Virus record (IMG/VR): IMGVR_UViG_2693429713_000009
Origin: a virus
Lineage: Duplodnaviria; Heunggongvirae; Uroviricota; Caudoviricetes
DNA: 64,000 nucleotides
Reading direction: 5' to 3' (one strand)
The notes below the pieces were generated by a model that had not been told where the DNA came from, searched no databases, and saw only the letters and a list, made by a program, of their open reading frames with translations. Position numbers and translations under genes: made by a program. Shown piece after piece: positions 10,247 through 20,832 of this stretch (position 1 is its first letter; the number at the start of each line of letters is the position of its first letter).

Positions 10247-10471
10247 ATGGTTAATGCCAATCCTTGCTCACGCCCAGAATTCATCTGGCGTTTCCACTCC
10301 CTGCAAAAACACTGCGATCACTTCGCAATTGCCGCAACCGAAAAAGAAGCCCGTTCTCTGATCCCTGATCAGTATGGTGTTCTTACTGGTCGTTTCTCTA
10401 CTTCCCCACAACCAAACACTAATCCCTGGTATCGCAATATTACCAATCCCGGAATTGCGGAGGCACACTGA
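10247..10471 (+). CDS. Icd-like small protein
   Basis: 74 aa ORF ending in TGATG overlap with antirepressor start, as P1 icd-ant. Confidence 0.35.
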   Translation: MVNANPCSRPEFIWRFHSLQKHCDHFAIAATEKEARSLIPDQYGVLTGRFSTSPQPNTNPWYRNITNPGIAEAH

Positions 10472-11178
10472 TGGAAATCTGCATTCTTGAAAAGCCATCA
10501 ATGACCAGCATTGAGATCGCGGAGCTGGTGGGAAGTCGCCCGGATAACGTTAAACGCACTATTGAACGCTTGAGTAAATCAGGTGTTATTCCACTTCCTC
10601 CAATGGAGGTTTCCGAAAATATCAATAACTTAGGATTTAAAGTTAAAAATTCACACTACGTCTTCGAAGGCGAGCAAGGCAAGCGTGACAGTATCATTGT
10701 CGTTGCGCAGCTTTCTCCCGAATTTACCGCCCGGCTGGTGGACCGCTGGCGCGAACTGGAAGAACAAGTACGCCAGCCGTTGACCGAAATAGAGATGATC
10801 GCCGCAATGGCTGCAAATGCAGTTCAGCAGCAAAAGCGGCTTCATGTTGTTGAGTCAAAGGTTAGCCAGGTGGTAGAAACCGTCGAGCAAATCAAGAAGG
10901 GCAACATGCCAGATGGTTACATTGGCTACCGCCAGCTGGCTGCGAAATGTGGCCTGACCGAAGCCAAATGCCGCAACCTTGTCAACGCTTACCGGATTCC
11001 CACCGATACACATGAGTTTTTAACTCCAGAGGGGGTATTGTCGCGTCGTTCCATCGTGGCCTTATCTCCCTTCATGAATGCTTTTAACCGGATGATGTCG
11101 GAGGCTGAACACCGAGGAAAACGCTGGTATCACCCCAAAATGGGGCAATTCCAGGTGATCGGTTGGGGAGGTGAGTGA
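10471..11178 (+). CDS. antirepressor, Rha/Ant family
   Basis: 235 aa; N-terminal Rha-like regulatory domain. Confidence 0.5.
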   Translation: MEICILEKPSMTSIEIAELVGSRPDNVKRTIERLSKSGVIPLPPMEVSENINNLGFKVKNSHYVFEGEQGKRDSIIVVAQLSPEFTARLVDRWRELEEQVRQPLTEIEMIAAMAANAVQQQKRLHVVESKVSQVVETVEQIKKGNMPDGYIGYRQLAAKCGLTEAKCRNLVNAYRIPTDTHEFLTPEGVLSRRSIVALSPFMNAFNRMMSEAEHRGKRWYHPKMGQFQVIGWGGE

Positions 11179-11375
11179 TGGACATCATGCAGGCGGTAAA
11201 AAAAATCAGGGAAGGACAGGCTGAAGTGTGCCGCCGTAAAGCATGGAGTGTTGGTGTATGGGCCTGGCCTGATAATTACTCTACTACCGGATGGTTTTGT
11301 ATTAATGGACTCCAGATCCGGGAAGTTGATTTATCGACGGCTGATATAGTCGGTAATGATTGGATCGTGACTTGA
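11175..11375 (+). CDS. DUF2829-like small protein
   Basis: 66 aa; REGQAEVCRRKAWSVGVWAW and C-terminal DWIV resemble DUF2829/Tad2 signature; ATGA overlap with upstream gene. Confidence 0.35.
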   Translation: MMDIMQAVKKIREGQAEVCRRKAWSVGVWAWPDNYSTTGWFCINGLQIREVDLSTADIVGNDWIVT

Positions 11376-11383
11376 AGCGTGAT

Positions 11384-11408
11384 GCCCCGGCCTGGCCGGG
11401 GCTTTTTT
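11384..11408 (+). terminator. intrinsic terminator
   Basis: GCCCCGGCC-T-GGCCGGGGC then TTTTTT. Confidence 0.6.
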
Positions 11409-11893
11409 CATGCCTCATTAGTTGAGGTTGCTGCGTCTCCGACTGGTAACAGAGCGGTATTGCGTGGTTCGCCAGCAGGCCAGCGATAGCCAGACACTCT
11501 TGATGTTGGGAATGCGCGAATATTAACCGCATCCCCCTGGTTCCCACCCAGGACAAGCAGATCGCCATTGGCGCGGCGTCCGACAACGAAGCCTACGTGC
11601 CCACCGCCTACGCGGGTAAATACAACGATACATCCGTATGCCGGTGTATCTAATTTCTCGCCCCAATCCAGATAGGATTTTGCCGACTCAAATCTTGTTG
11701 AGCGGATGCCTACACGTTCCAGCATTGCACCGACAAATGCTGCGCACCACGGCGTTTCATCGTCTTTAATTCCGCCGCGCTTGATGTCGCGCCAGAACTG
11801 AACGATTTCAGGGTTGTGTTTAGCGCCTTTTATTTCAGTCAGGCCAATGTGCTTACGGGCTTCAATTAGCCAGCGAGGTTCAATGTTTGCCAT
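11408..11893 (-). CDS. CHAP/NlpC-P60-like cell wall peptidase
   Basis: 161 aa; catalytic-like Cys in TPWCAAFVG and His in GGHVGFVVG. Confidence 0.5.
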   Translation of the reverse strand: MANIEPRWLIEARKHIGLTEIKGAKHNPEIVQFWRDIKRGGIKDDETPWCAAFVGAMLERVGIRSTRFESAKSYLDWGEKLDTPAYGCIVVFTRVGGGHVGFVVGRRANGDLLVLGGNQGDAVNIRAFPTSRVSGYRWPAGEPRNTALLPVGDAATSTNEA

Positions 11894-12044
11894 ATTTTTC
11901 TCCCGGTCATGGGTTAATAAGTAGGCAAACTATGGGGAGTATGTGATTTTGACGGTAGTATCGTCCCCCTGAAAATAACATTCTCCATACCCTCTCAACC
12001 GTACCGCATAGCGGAATTTTTTACGGTTTAGAGGGGGAAATCCT

Positions 12045-15000
12045 TTGGACAAACTACTTCATTCAATCAGTGAAGCCTCCAGCTTAGGCGAACTGATTGA
12101 AATTGTTAGTCGGTTGCATAAATTACGTGCTGTTGCGACCTTTGGCGTCAGGAAAGCCGATGGCGTCAGTATTCAGAAAACACGCCGGGCAGCAAACAAT
12201 GCCGCAGTAAATCTTCTTAATTCCCTTCCGCCCGGCTTCGATGGGGCGAAATTAACTGACGAACAACGTCAGATTCTTGCTGGGTATACCGGTGAAGGCG
12301 GCCTGACAGATGGTGAGGGCAGCCAATACGAATACTACACGCCACAGTTTATGGCTGAAGGTATATGGGATCTGTTTGCTGACTACGGTATTGATGGCGG
12401 GCACGTACTGGAACCATCAGCGGGCACAGGTATTTTCCAGGAGACAAAACGGCAGGGCATGATAATGACCAGCGCGGAACTGTCTCCGATTTCTGGTCGA
12501 ATAAACCAGCTTTTGCACCCGGAAGACGATGTGAATATCGGGGCGTTTGAGGCGCTGGCGGCGAAAGATGCAATGTATGACCACGCTGTTGGTAACGTAC
12601 CGTTTGGTGAAGGGCGTTCCGGCGTTGCCGGGCTTGATCCGGCATATGCAAACGAGAAGAACGTTGGCAATTACTTTGTGCTGCGCACGATCGACAAGGT
12701 TAAGCCTGGTGGGCTTATCGTATTGGTGGTGCCAAATGGCATGACCGATGGTACGAAATATAAAAAATTGCGCGATAAAGTCAGCCGTAAAGCGGAATTT
12801 TTGGGCGCACATCGTATGCCTTCCGGTACGTTCAGCGAATCCGGTACAGATACCGTGGTGGACGTATGGGTATTGCGTAAACACCCGGAAACCTTCCTGG
12901 AGATGATCCCCGACACGGATGATTCAACACTCAAATCGGCAAACGTCCTTTGGGATACCTTCCTCAAAGGAAAATGGTTTACAACCGAAGGGAAGCGATT
13001 TGTTTACGGCGACATGGAACGTACCAGCTTCCGCAATACCTTGGTGGTGAAAAAAGACGGTCGTGTATCCAATGAGTCGATGAAAACCGCGCTATCTCGT
13101 CGCTTTGATAGTCGCATCAATTGGGATTTGCTCGGCGTAACTACTCAGGCATGGCAGGGCGCGAAAGTGGGCGATAAACGCCTTGTAGGCGGTATCTGGC
13201 ATGAGTTTGATGGTCTGAAATGGGTTAAGGACACGACAACCAAATCCTCCGCGCTTGATGTAAGTCGATATGGTGTTTCGACGTTTGGCGATCTGCAGAT
13301 CGCGTTCCAGTCAACAAACGGGATTCTGGCTTTGTCATGGGACCAGATATCGGCGATCGCGTCCGACTATCCATCGGTTGTCAGTGATGAAGTGGCAGCA
13401 ATGATTCGCTTTGCTGGCAAGCAGCGAGAAAAAGACAGGGAGCGCGTTATGCGCGGTGCGCTGATAGGTCAGTTGATCAACAAGGCACTTGATTTGCGTA
13501 ACCTGGGTGTGAACGTTGATGACAAACTGGCAGATGCATCCCGCCTGGCGGCAGCAGAAGTTGCGAAGTATGGACCACCGCACGCCATTAAGCTGAATGG
13601 GCTTGCTGAAGCTGGCGCTAAAAACTGGATGACGTTCACTGGCAATGTGAAACAGGATGGTTCCACTTCTGACCTTCTGGCAGGGCGACTTGATGTAACG
13701 GATGGTGCTGCCGGTATTGACTTTACACGTCCTGAACAAGTGATAGCACATCTTTTCAGTGATGTAGCCCTTAATCCTATAACGCTGGGAGACTTTCGTG
13801 AGGCGTTTGCTGGTGAACTGCCAGAGGACGACGACGCGGCCCTTGAATACCTGGCGAAATTTGATGATATCGCTATTGATGGGTATGGCTGCCTGCTGCC
13901 GATGGACCGCGCCACCAGCGGCGATATTGCAACCAAAACAGCATTGCTGATGGGCTGGCGTGATGCGTCAACAGGTGAGCAGAAAGCGAACTTTGAGCGT
14001 CAGTTGGCGAAAATCGAAGAGAAACGTATTTTCACGCCACTAAATAAAGTCACCGTTAATCTGAATGCCCGCTGGCTGGATCGCCGCTTGATAAAAGAGT
14101 TCCTGGCAGAGCAGGGCTATGACGAGTTTAAGTACACTGAACCTGATCTGAAGGTCGTCGATGGCATTCTGGTATCTCCGGACGATTACGAAGGTAAGGA
14201 CGGGGTATTTACCGGCTATCAGCTACGAACCGTAAACGGCAAAAACGGGAATGAGTTCAAGAAGGCCAACAATAAAGACGGCTTCCTGAACCAGTTAGAA
14301 AACTACCTGAACGGTGTTAAACCGCGTGGGCAGAACGCTAACGAGTACCTGGATAAAATTGCTCAACTGGAAGTTAGTTTTAACGACTGGTTACGCACTC
14401 ACCCGCAGGCTGATCAGATAGCCCGCGAGTATAACGACGCATTCAATGGTTTCATTCCGTTCACGCATTCTGACGCACCGCTTGGCCTGGAAGGGCTTAG
14501 TGGAAAGCGCATTCCTCTTACTTATCAGAATGAAGAAGTTCGGCGCTTGTCAGAAGATGGGCGCGGCATCATGGGATTTGGTACCGGGCTGGGTAAAACC
14601 ACGACCGCGCTTGCGCTTGAGGCGTATAACTTCGAAACAGGTCGCACTAAACGCACGTGTATTGTTGTTCCGAAGGCGGTTTATCAGAACTGGTATCACG
14701 AGGCACAGAGTTTCTACAGTGCTGATGCCTTTGCCAATATGATGTTTATCGGTTTGGATGAAGTTCGTGATGACAGCGGAAATATTCTGACCGCGCCGGT
14801 GCTTGATGAAAATGGCGAACCACGCCTCGACAGTAACGGGCAGCCTCTTACCAGAAATGTTGTGAAAGAGTCCGCCAGCGCCGTTATCGTTCAGCGCATG
14901 AACATGATCCCGTCGTCAAATTGGCGAACGGTCATCATGACAAAAGAACAATTCGCGTCTATCCCGCTACGAGAAAAAACCATCGAGGAGAACTCACAGC

Positions 15001-18000
15001 AAGCTGTCTTTAATGCTGTGGAAATGGGGCGTCTTGACCTGGCGTCCGGTAAACACCGTGATGCGCAGAAGAAGAACAAGATTAAGGATCAGGCCGCGAA
15101 TACCGGTACAACGAAGAAGCAGAATATCCCGTACTTTGAGGATATGAACTTCGATAGCGTGATTGCCGACGAGGGGCATAACTACCGCAACTCCTTTAAT
15201 GCCGGGCGTGAAGCGGGACAACTGGCATATTTGCCTAACCCGGCAGTATCCAAGATGGCCCGCGACATGGCTGTAAAAGCTGCGTACATGATGAAACGCA
15301 ACAACGGGCGTGGTGTAGTCATGCTGACGGCAACTCCGCTGGTGAACAGTCCGATTGATGCCTTCAACATGCTGTCTACTGTCATTCCGCAGGAAGAGTG
15401 GATGCGCATGGGCATCATTACGCCTGATGATTTCGTTCGTGTGTTTGGCAAAACAGCCACAGTTCAGGTCCAGAAAATTTCCGGGGAAGTGGAAGAGAAG
15501 CAGGGGCTGGTGGGCTTCCAGAACCTTGACGGCCTGCGTGGTATTTTCCATCGTTGGACCACTCTGAAGACTGCTGCAGATGTCGGAGCGACGGTTAAAA
15601 TTCCCGACATCATTGAGAACACCTTGCAGATCCCGATGACAGGGGAGCAGGAGATTGCTTATGAAGAGCTTCGTAAGCGTGCTCAGGAGTTAAGTCGCAA
15701 TGATGAGCTGACAGTCGATGAAAACGGGCATATCACTAACGACAAACCGGATGATTTCATCTTCTCCATCATCCGTGACATGGACAAGGTTGCTATAGAC
15801 CCGGATCTGTATGCCAGTGCGATTACATTCCAGTTCCCCGTTGAGCTTGCAGACCAGGTAAAAGCTATTGCTGATGCCTTGCCAAAAGTAGCTGGCGGTA
15901 AAGTGGCAGATGATGTTGATGAGGCCGAGGAAGACGGCGCTGGCGGGCTGGTCAGTACGCGTACCAGCAAGGTAGTGAAGACCGCTTTTAGTGAACATCC
16001 GACGCATGTTGAAATACGTGCCAGCATTGAACTGGAAGCTGAAATACTTAAGGCTATTGCGGCTGCCGGTATTGATATGCAGCAGGTATCGCACCCCATC
16101 CCGCCGAAGTATGCCGCGCTGATCGAAAATCTTCGTGAAGGTCTGAAGAACGGTAAGCAGATCGTCTTTATTGATGAAAAAGCCCAGCACCAGAAGTTGC
16201 GCCGTATTATCGCCAGTGCACTGCAAATGCCGGAACAGGAGATTGGCATTATCAATGCGACGACAGTTAGCCAGGCTGGCGGCATCAAGCTGAAGAAGGT
16301 GAATAAGCCGACCGAACCTACTCCAAACAAAAACGGTGAATACAAAGAAGGGGCATGGGAAACCTACTACAGCAAACTTGCCCAATATGAGGATTATCTC
16401 TCAGCTAAAAATGATGCTGGCCTTGAGGGCATGGAAGGTATTGCCGCCGACTATAACGAAGGTCGCACGCGTATCATAATCTGTAACAAGAAGGCTGAAG
16501 TAGGTATTAACCTGCACATCGGGACAACCGATATCCACCACCTGACACTACCCTGGACACCAGCCAGTATCGACCAACGAAATGGGCGCGGTGCGCGCGT
16601 AGGTTCACCGCAAGAGAAGGTCAATGTTCACTACTATTGTGGCAAAGGCACATTCGACGACTTCCGTCTGGATACGCTGAAACGTAAGAAAGACTGGATC
16701 AAGATGGTGATGACCTCCGACATGTCAGAGATCGCCAATGGTGATGCGGATGATGCTGATGAACGCGCCATTATGCTGGCGGCAAACCCGGAAGAACGCC
16801 GCGCAATCATGGCTCGCCAGGCGCAAGAGCGTGAAGAACGTCTGAAACTGAAAGCACAGCGCGAGGCCAACAATGCTCTCGATATCTACCTGAAAGCGGC
16901 AAACGCCGCCGGAAAAGATATCGGCATGATGGAGACAGAACTGAAAAGCGCGATGGAACAGATAGAGTATTACCAGCGCAATCTTGACGACCTGATAAAA
17001 GCGGGTACGAACAGGAATGGGCAAAAATACGCGCTTGAGCAGTTGAGTAGCTACAGAAAACGTGCGCGGGTGCTGCGGTTTGCGATCACCAGGGCAAAAG
17101 ACGCGGATACCATAATGAAACGCTCTCGTGGTGATGTGGAGCGCGCTATTAAGTCTGGTGTGCTGGATATCAGTATCGATGTTATTCAGAACCCACAGGA
17201 ATATATGCGCACTGACAAGAATATCCTGTTGCATAAAGGTAGTTATTACCGTGCAGTCATTGATGATCGCGAAACAACAGCGATTGTCCGGGTGGAAAAA
17301 ATTGACGGTGAAAAAGCACAATACCTCTGCCGTATCGCCTGGCTGGATAGAGCAAGTCGTTACGCTCGAGCACCGGGGTCAATCGTTACATTGCCGTTTG
17401 ACTCTGTGATTGAAGCGGTAACTTTTGAAGAGGGGGTAGCTGAATCGCGCGCAACGGCTGCGCGTGGTGTTCAGTGCCACCAGCTATCAACAATACTTAC
17501 TCGCGATCAGTTCTATGATGCTATTCGCAATGGGGTAATGAATGTTATTGCTGGTAAACCTGGTAATGCATGGGGCGGTGGGTCAGCTATTAAATACTGG
17601 GCTTATCGCACAGATGATGGTCAGATCGCGCTGTCATCGACCTATGATGGCATGATAGGACAGAAAATCGGGCGTACATCGGATATTGCACCAGAGCAGT
17701 GGATTTACCCTGATATCAACAATGAGGCGCTGAAGCGTGAAGTGGCAAAAATACAAGCCAGTGATAATCCGCTGAATATCGTGGACGGAGAGGGATTCCT
17801 CCAGGCATTGTATGGGTATGATTACATCCAGGGAATGCAGGCATGGGGCGCACAAGCAACGATGGATGATGTTGCCCAGGAGTTCGAAAACTGGATGGCT
17901 GGGCGTGGTCTGTCAGGTCGTTCGCTTAATAAAGTCACTTCTGAAGATATTCTTAGCTTGTTCCGTAAACCGTCCGGAGAAGGTCTGGAATCATTCTGGA

Positions 18001-18881
18001 GGACCGTGCTGGCATACCGTTTATTCCAGGGCAGGATGAAAGCCTTTAGCAATATCGATGATATTGAACGGATGTTTAATCAGGTCAAGATCGCGAAAAT
18101 TAAGGCGAAGATCGAAAAAACACGTTCTGCGCTGGTGGCCTGGCGCGATGCATTGTTTGAGCAATATAAATCACTCAGTGATGCAGATGGATGGGCGGCA
18201 TTGGAACAGCTGGCGAATAATGGGGTAGATGGAGCGAAACTCGCCATTGTTCAGGCTGATAACCCCTTGGAATCACCGGCAGCACAGTGGATTAAGGTTG
18301 GGGCTGTCATCAATGCATTTGATGAAAAACACATTAGTAAGGACGATTTTGCTGATGCTGTTTCTGTTAATCGCCTGGTAGAAATGGCTACCCGTCGCGC
18401 CCGTGAGTTGAAAGACGGCGACTATGTGAATGAGTTGCCGGATGCGCTCAAATCGGCAACGTGGCAGGACTATGTATCGCTGAAAAACGGCGGGGCCACT
18501 GAATCAGAGATCGCGAAAAGGCTTGAGCAGGCTGAAAGCAAAAGAGAAGAGCAGGCGGCAGTGGCTGAAGCCAGAGCTGATGAAGCGGCGAATGATGACT
18601 ATATCATTGTGGTTAATGATAAGCCGATTCGCGCTAAGGCGCGTGTTCGCGGGCGCTGGTGGAGCGTCAGCGAAGACGTTGGCGCGGTTTATCTCATTGC
18701 CGACCAGCCAGGTTCCTCGACAATACGGAACGCCAAAGACGCGATTAAGAAGATTGGCGGGCGTTTCTGGAATTTTGAAGCAAACCCGGTTGCTGATGTG
18801 AACTTTGACCGTCCGGCGTGGATGGTATCTACGCGTTACTCGGTAGATGAACTGCGTAAAATAATCGCCGATGCGGCCTAA
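12045..18881 (+). CDS. darB: DarB-like antirestriction protein, N6-adenine methyltransferase plus helicase
   Basis: 2278 aa; TTG start after GAGGGGG; SAM motif VLEPSAGTGIF and NVPFG; helicase Walker A GFGTGLGKTT and DEGH box. Confidence 0.8.
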   Translation: MDKLLHSISEASSLGELIEIVSRLHKLRAVATFGVRKADGVSIQKTRRAANNAAVNLLNSLPPGFDGAKLTDEQRQILAGYTGEGGLTDGEGSQYEYYTPQFMAEGIWDLFADYGIDGGHVLEPSAGTGIFQETKRQGMIMTSAELSPISGRINQLLHPEDDVNIGAFEALAAKDAMYDHAVGNVPFGEGRSGVAGLDPAYANEKNVGNYFVLRTIDKVKPGGLIVLVVPNGMTDGTKYKKLRDKVSRKAEFLGAHRMPSGTFSESGTDTVVDVWVLRKHPETFLEMIPDTDDSTLKSANVLWDTFLKGKWFTTEGKRFVYGDMERTSFRNTLVVKKDGRVSNESMKTALSRRFDSRINWDLLGVTTQAWQGAKVGDKRLVGGIWHEFDGLKWVKDTTTKSSALDVSRYGVSTFGDLQIAFQSTNGILALSWDQISAIASDYPSVVSDEVAAMIRFAGKQREKDRERVMRGALIGQLINKALDLRNLGVNVDDKLADASRLAAAEVAKYGPPHAIKLNGLAEAGAKNWMTFTGNVKQDGSTSDLLAGRLDVTDGAAGIDFTRPEQVIAHLFSDVALNPITLGDFREAFAGELPEDDDAALEYLAKFDDIAIDGYGCLLPMDRATSGDIATKTALLMGWRDASTGEQKANFERQLAKIEEKRIFTPLNKVTVNLNARWLDRRLIKEFLAEQGYDEFKYTEPDLKVVDGILVSPDDYEGKDGVFTGYQLRTVNGKNGNEFKKANNKDGFLNQLENYLNGVKPRGQNANEYLDKIAQLEVSFNDWLRTHPQADQIAREYNDAFNGFIPFTHSDAPLGLEGLSGKRIPLTYQNEEVRRLSEDGRGIMGFGTGLGKTTTALALEAYNFETGRTKRTCIVVPKAVYQNWYHEAQSFYSADAFANMMFIGLDEVRDDSGNILTAPVLDENGEPRLDSNGQPLTRNVVKESASAVIVQRMNMIPSSNWRTVIMTKEQFASIPLREKTIEENSQQAVFNAVEMGRLDLASGKHRDAQKKNKIKDQAANTGTTKKQNIPYFEDMNFDSVIADEGHNYRNSFNAGREAGQLAYLPNPAVSKMARDMAVKAAYMMKRNNGRGVVMLTATPLVNSPIDAFNMLSTVIPQEEWMRMGIITPDDFVRVFGKTATVQVQKISGEVEEKQGLVGFQNLDGLRGIFHRWTTLKTAADVGATVKIPDIIENTLQIPMTGEQEIAYEELRKRAQELSRNDELTVDENGHITNDKPDDFIFSIIRDMDKVAIDPDLYASAITFQFPVELADQVKAIADALPKVAGGKVADDVDEAEEDGAGGLVSTRTSKVVKTAFSEHPTHVEIRASIELEAEILKAIAAAGIDMQQVSHPIPPKYAALIENLREGLKNGKQIVFIDEKAQHQKLRRIIASALQMPEQEIGIINATTVSQAGGIKLKKVNKPTEPTPNKNGEYKEGAWETYYSKLAQYEDYLSAKNDAGLEGMEGIAADYNEGRTRIIICNKKAEVGINLHIGTTDIHHLTLPWTPASIDQRNGRGARVGSPQEKVNVHYYCGKGTFDDFRLDTLKRKKDWIKMVMTSDMSEIANGDADDADERAIMLAANPEERRAIMARQAQEREERLKLKAQREANNALDIYLKAANAAGKDIGMMETELKSAMEQIEYYQRNLDDLIKAGTNRNGQKYALEQLSSYRKRARVLRFAITRAKDADTIMKRSRGDVERAIKSGVLDISIDVIQNPQEYMRTDKNILLHKGSYYRAVIDDRETTAIVRVEKIDGEKAQYLCRIAWLDRASRYARAPGSIVTLPFDSVIEAVTFEEGVAESRATAARGVQCHQLSTILTRDQFYDAIRNGVMNVIAGKPGNAWGGGSAIKYWAYRTDDGQIALSSTYDGMIGQKIGRTSDIAPEQWIYPDINNEALKREVAKIQASDNPLNIVDGEGFLQALYGYDYIQGMQAWGAQATMDDVAQEFENWMAGRGLSGRSLNKVTSEDILSLFRKPSGEGLESFWRTVLAYRLFQGRMKAFSNIDDIERMFNQVKIAKIKAKIEKTRSALVAWRDALFEQYKSLSDADGWAALEQLANNGVDGAKLAIVQADNPLESPAAQWIKVGAVINAFDEKHISKDDFADAVSVNRLVEMATRRARELKDGDYVNELPDALKSATWQDYVSLKNGGATESEIAKRLEQAESKREEQAAVAEARADEAANDDYIIVVNDKPIRAKARVRGRWWSVSEDVGAVYLIADQPGSSTIRNAKDAIKKIGGRFWNFEANPVADVNFDRPAWMVSTRYSVDELRKIIADAA

Positions 18882-18917
18882 CAGATAAGGAGCGGCCCCA
18901 ACCGGGGCCGAATTTGA

Positions 18918-19352
18918 ATGACGACACTAATTGACACTGTAAAACCGACGGAATCCTACCTTGAGGAAATCTTGCCGCAGGCGCTCAATGGCAGGAGTGA
19001 AGAAGAATACCTGACAGTTTATCTTGATGGCATGGTAGAAAGACTGAAGAAAAATCCACAGCTTTATCACCTTTATGGTCCGTGGTGGCCCGCGCTCAAA
19101 ACGATATTGCTGGAGCGCGGCGACATATCATTTGGACAAGTTGTAGATAGTGATGTGGCAGAGATCTACAAAATGAGTCGCCCGGCGCTTACGGTTTTGG
19201 CTGGGCATCTGTATTCGAGCGATCGCCTGGAAAATGACGCGGTATACAATCCCGTTCATGCTCTGGAAGTCGCACCTTATGCTGATGATACAGAGCCATA
19301 CGTGTACATAAGTTACGACGAGTCTATAGAGAAATATCGAATCATGGGGTAG
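18918..19352 (+). CDS. hypothetical protein
   Basis: 144 aa ORF immediately downstream of darB. Confidence 0.4.
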   Translation: MTTLIDTVKPTESYLEEILPQALNGRSEEEYLTVYLDGMVERLKKNPQLYHLYGPWWPALKTILLERGDISFGQVVDSDVAEIYKMSRPALTVLAGHLYSSDRLENDAVYNPVHALEVAPYADDTEPYVYISYDESIEKYRIMG

Positions 19353-19354
19353 CC

Positions 19355-19615
19355 ATGCGAAAGAATCGTAGGTTTACGGTCGAAGACCTAAAGGAATATT
19401 CCATATCGAAGGGGTATGTCCTTGAGTTCCACCGTTACAAGAAGGTTTTTACGCTGCGAAAAGCAGAAAACCCAGCGAGCTGGAGCTGGGTATACTTCCC
19501 TCATACAGAAGACAAACTGGTAGAGCTTGTTGATGATTTAACCTATGAAGGGTGGTTGATCGCAATCGACAAGACAATCACAGAAATATCCGAACAGGAT
19601 AAAATAACCCTTTAA
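19355..19615 (+). CDS. hypothetical protein
   Basis: 86 aa ORF 3 nt after upstream stop. Confidence 0.35.
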   Translation: MRKNRRFTVEDLKEYSISKGYVLEFHRYKKVFTLRKAENPASWSWVYFPHTEDKLVELVDDLTYEGWLIAIDKTITEISEQDKITL

Positions 19616-19751
19616 AAATAACAGGTTGGGTAAATGCCATGCGATTTACCCTCCTTGTTGATTAAGGTCACTCTTTACTCTAAAAGCAAATCCGACCTGT
19701 TGCATATAGACCATCCTTGAGTAGTATCTCTCTTGTTTTACAAATCTAACG

Positions 19752-20246
19752 TTGTTGTTATTATTTCGCATATTTACTATCAATGGGTGTGTTAGAAAAA
19801 TAGCGCGAAAGAGAAGGCGTCGCAGTGAATATTCTGAAACATCCCCACATGCCGCAGCTCTTAGAGAACTGGAGAAAAATCCAGATCTAATCAAAAGGAA
19901 CCATGAGCATTACGAGCAGGTTCGCGTCCTGGACTGGTTGTATCGCAATATGCGTTATGTGTATGAGCATACTCACGCCACTCCAAACGGTGGCCTGCGA
20001 GGCATAAGGACGGCAATAAAAATGGTGGCAGAGGGCCAAAAGAAGGGATATCCCGATCTTTCTATAGACCTTGCTTGTGGGGGATACCACGGAATGCGCA
20101 TTGAGATGAAACATGGGAGAAATCGCCTGACTCCCGAACAACTCGTCTGGATGACCCGCCTCACTGAAGCCGGTTACTACTGCTTTGAGGCGCGCAGTGC
20201 CGCTGAAGCCATAAAAGCTATCACGGAGTATGTTTGTCTTGATTAA
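19752..20246 (+). CDS. VRR-NUC domain nuclease
   Basis: 164 aa; GYPDL and E-x-K signature; start uncertain (TTG in track, operator-like motif at 19790-19799 lies inside predicted N-terminus). Confidence 0.5.
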   Translation: MLLLFRIFTINGCVRKIARKRRRRSEYSETSPHAAALRELEKNPDLIKRNHEHYEQVRVLDWLYRNMRYVYEHTHATPNGGLRGIRTAIKMVAEGQKKGYPDLSIDLACGGYHGMRIEMKHGRNRLTPEQLVWMTRLTEAGYYCFEARSAAEAIKAITEYVCLD

Positions 20247-20260
20247 ACGGAGAAATCGTT

Positions 20261-20461
20261 TTGCGTTTACTTAACGTGGCAGAACTTATCCCTGCAGGAA
20301 CTAATGCTATCGCTCGTCGTCGCTCATGGCAGCAGGCTCTATGTATTGAGATCTCGAAACGTATCAATGGAAGTTTTGAAGCTCACAATATTGTTACTGG
20401 CGATAAGGTTCACATAACCCCGGAAAGTGCAAGCGCTGATGATTGGGAGTTTGTACATTGA
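20261..20461 (+). CDS. hypothetical protein
   Basis: 66 aa ORF. Confidence 0.3.
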   Translation: MRLLNVAELIPAGTNAIARRRSWQQALCIEISKRINGSFEAHNIVTGDKVHITPESASADDWEFVH

Positions 20462-20757
20462 GCAAAAAATATTATGTGAGTCTGGCGTTCGCTGACGATG
20501 CGGGGAGGACGCGGAGTATCACGTTGAGCACACCGGTTAAGGCTGTGACAGCGCCGTTAATCCGTGAAGCTCTCAGAGAGCTGGAATTGGGGGAAAACTC
20601 GGCACTGTTGTCGGTTAGTTGGTTAGGGAAAATGTCAGAGAAACAATACGTGGATGGAGTTACCCCAATAACAGTAATGAGGCTACTTTCATTGCTGCAA
20701 TGGGCCATCGTACCTGTATTTATCGCGTATCTTATTTATCAGGCTGCAACACAGTAA
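20443..20757 (+). CDS. hypothetical protein with C-terminal transmembrane segment
   Basis: 104 aa, hydrophobic C-terminus; followed by terminator. Confidence 0.35.
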   Translation: MGVCTLSKKYYVSLAFADDAGRTRSITLSTPVKAVTAPLIREALRELELGENSALLSVSWLGKMSEKQYVDGVTPITVMRLLSLLQWAIVPVFIAYLIYQAATQ

Positions 20758-20766
20758 TTGCATAAA

Positions 20767-20790
20767 AACCCGCCAATTAGCGGGTTTTTT
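20767..20790 (+). terminator. intrinsic terminator
   Basis: AACCCGC-CAATTA-GCGGGTT then TTTTTT. Confidence 0.65.
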
Positions 20791-20832
20791 GTTTATTGCA
20801 TCTTCCGATACCGTCATCAAACTAATAAAATA

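Noticed and set aside
12349-18052. Numerous 60-200 aa ORFs on both strands inside darB
   Set aside because: All lie within the single long DarB frame, which carries continuous methyltransferase and helicase motifs
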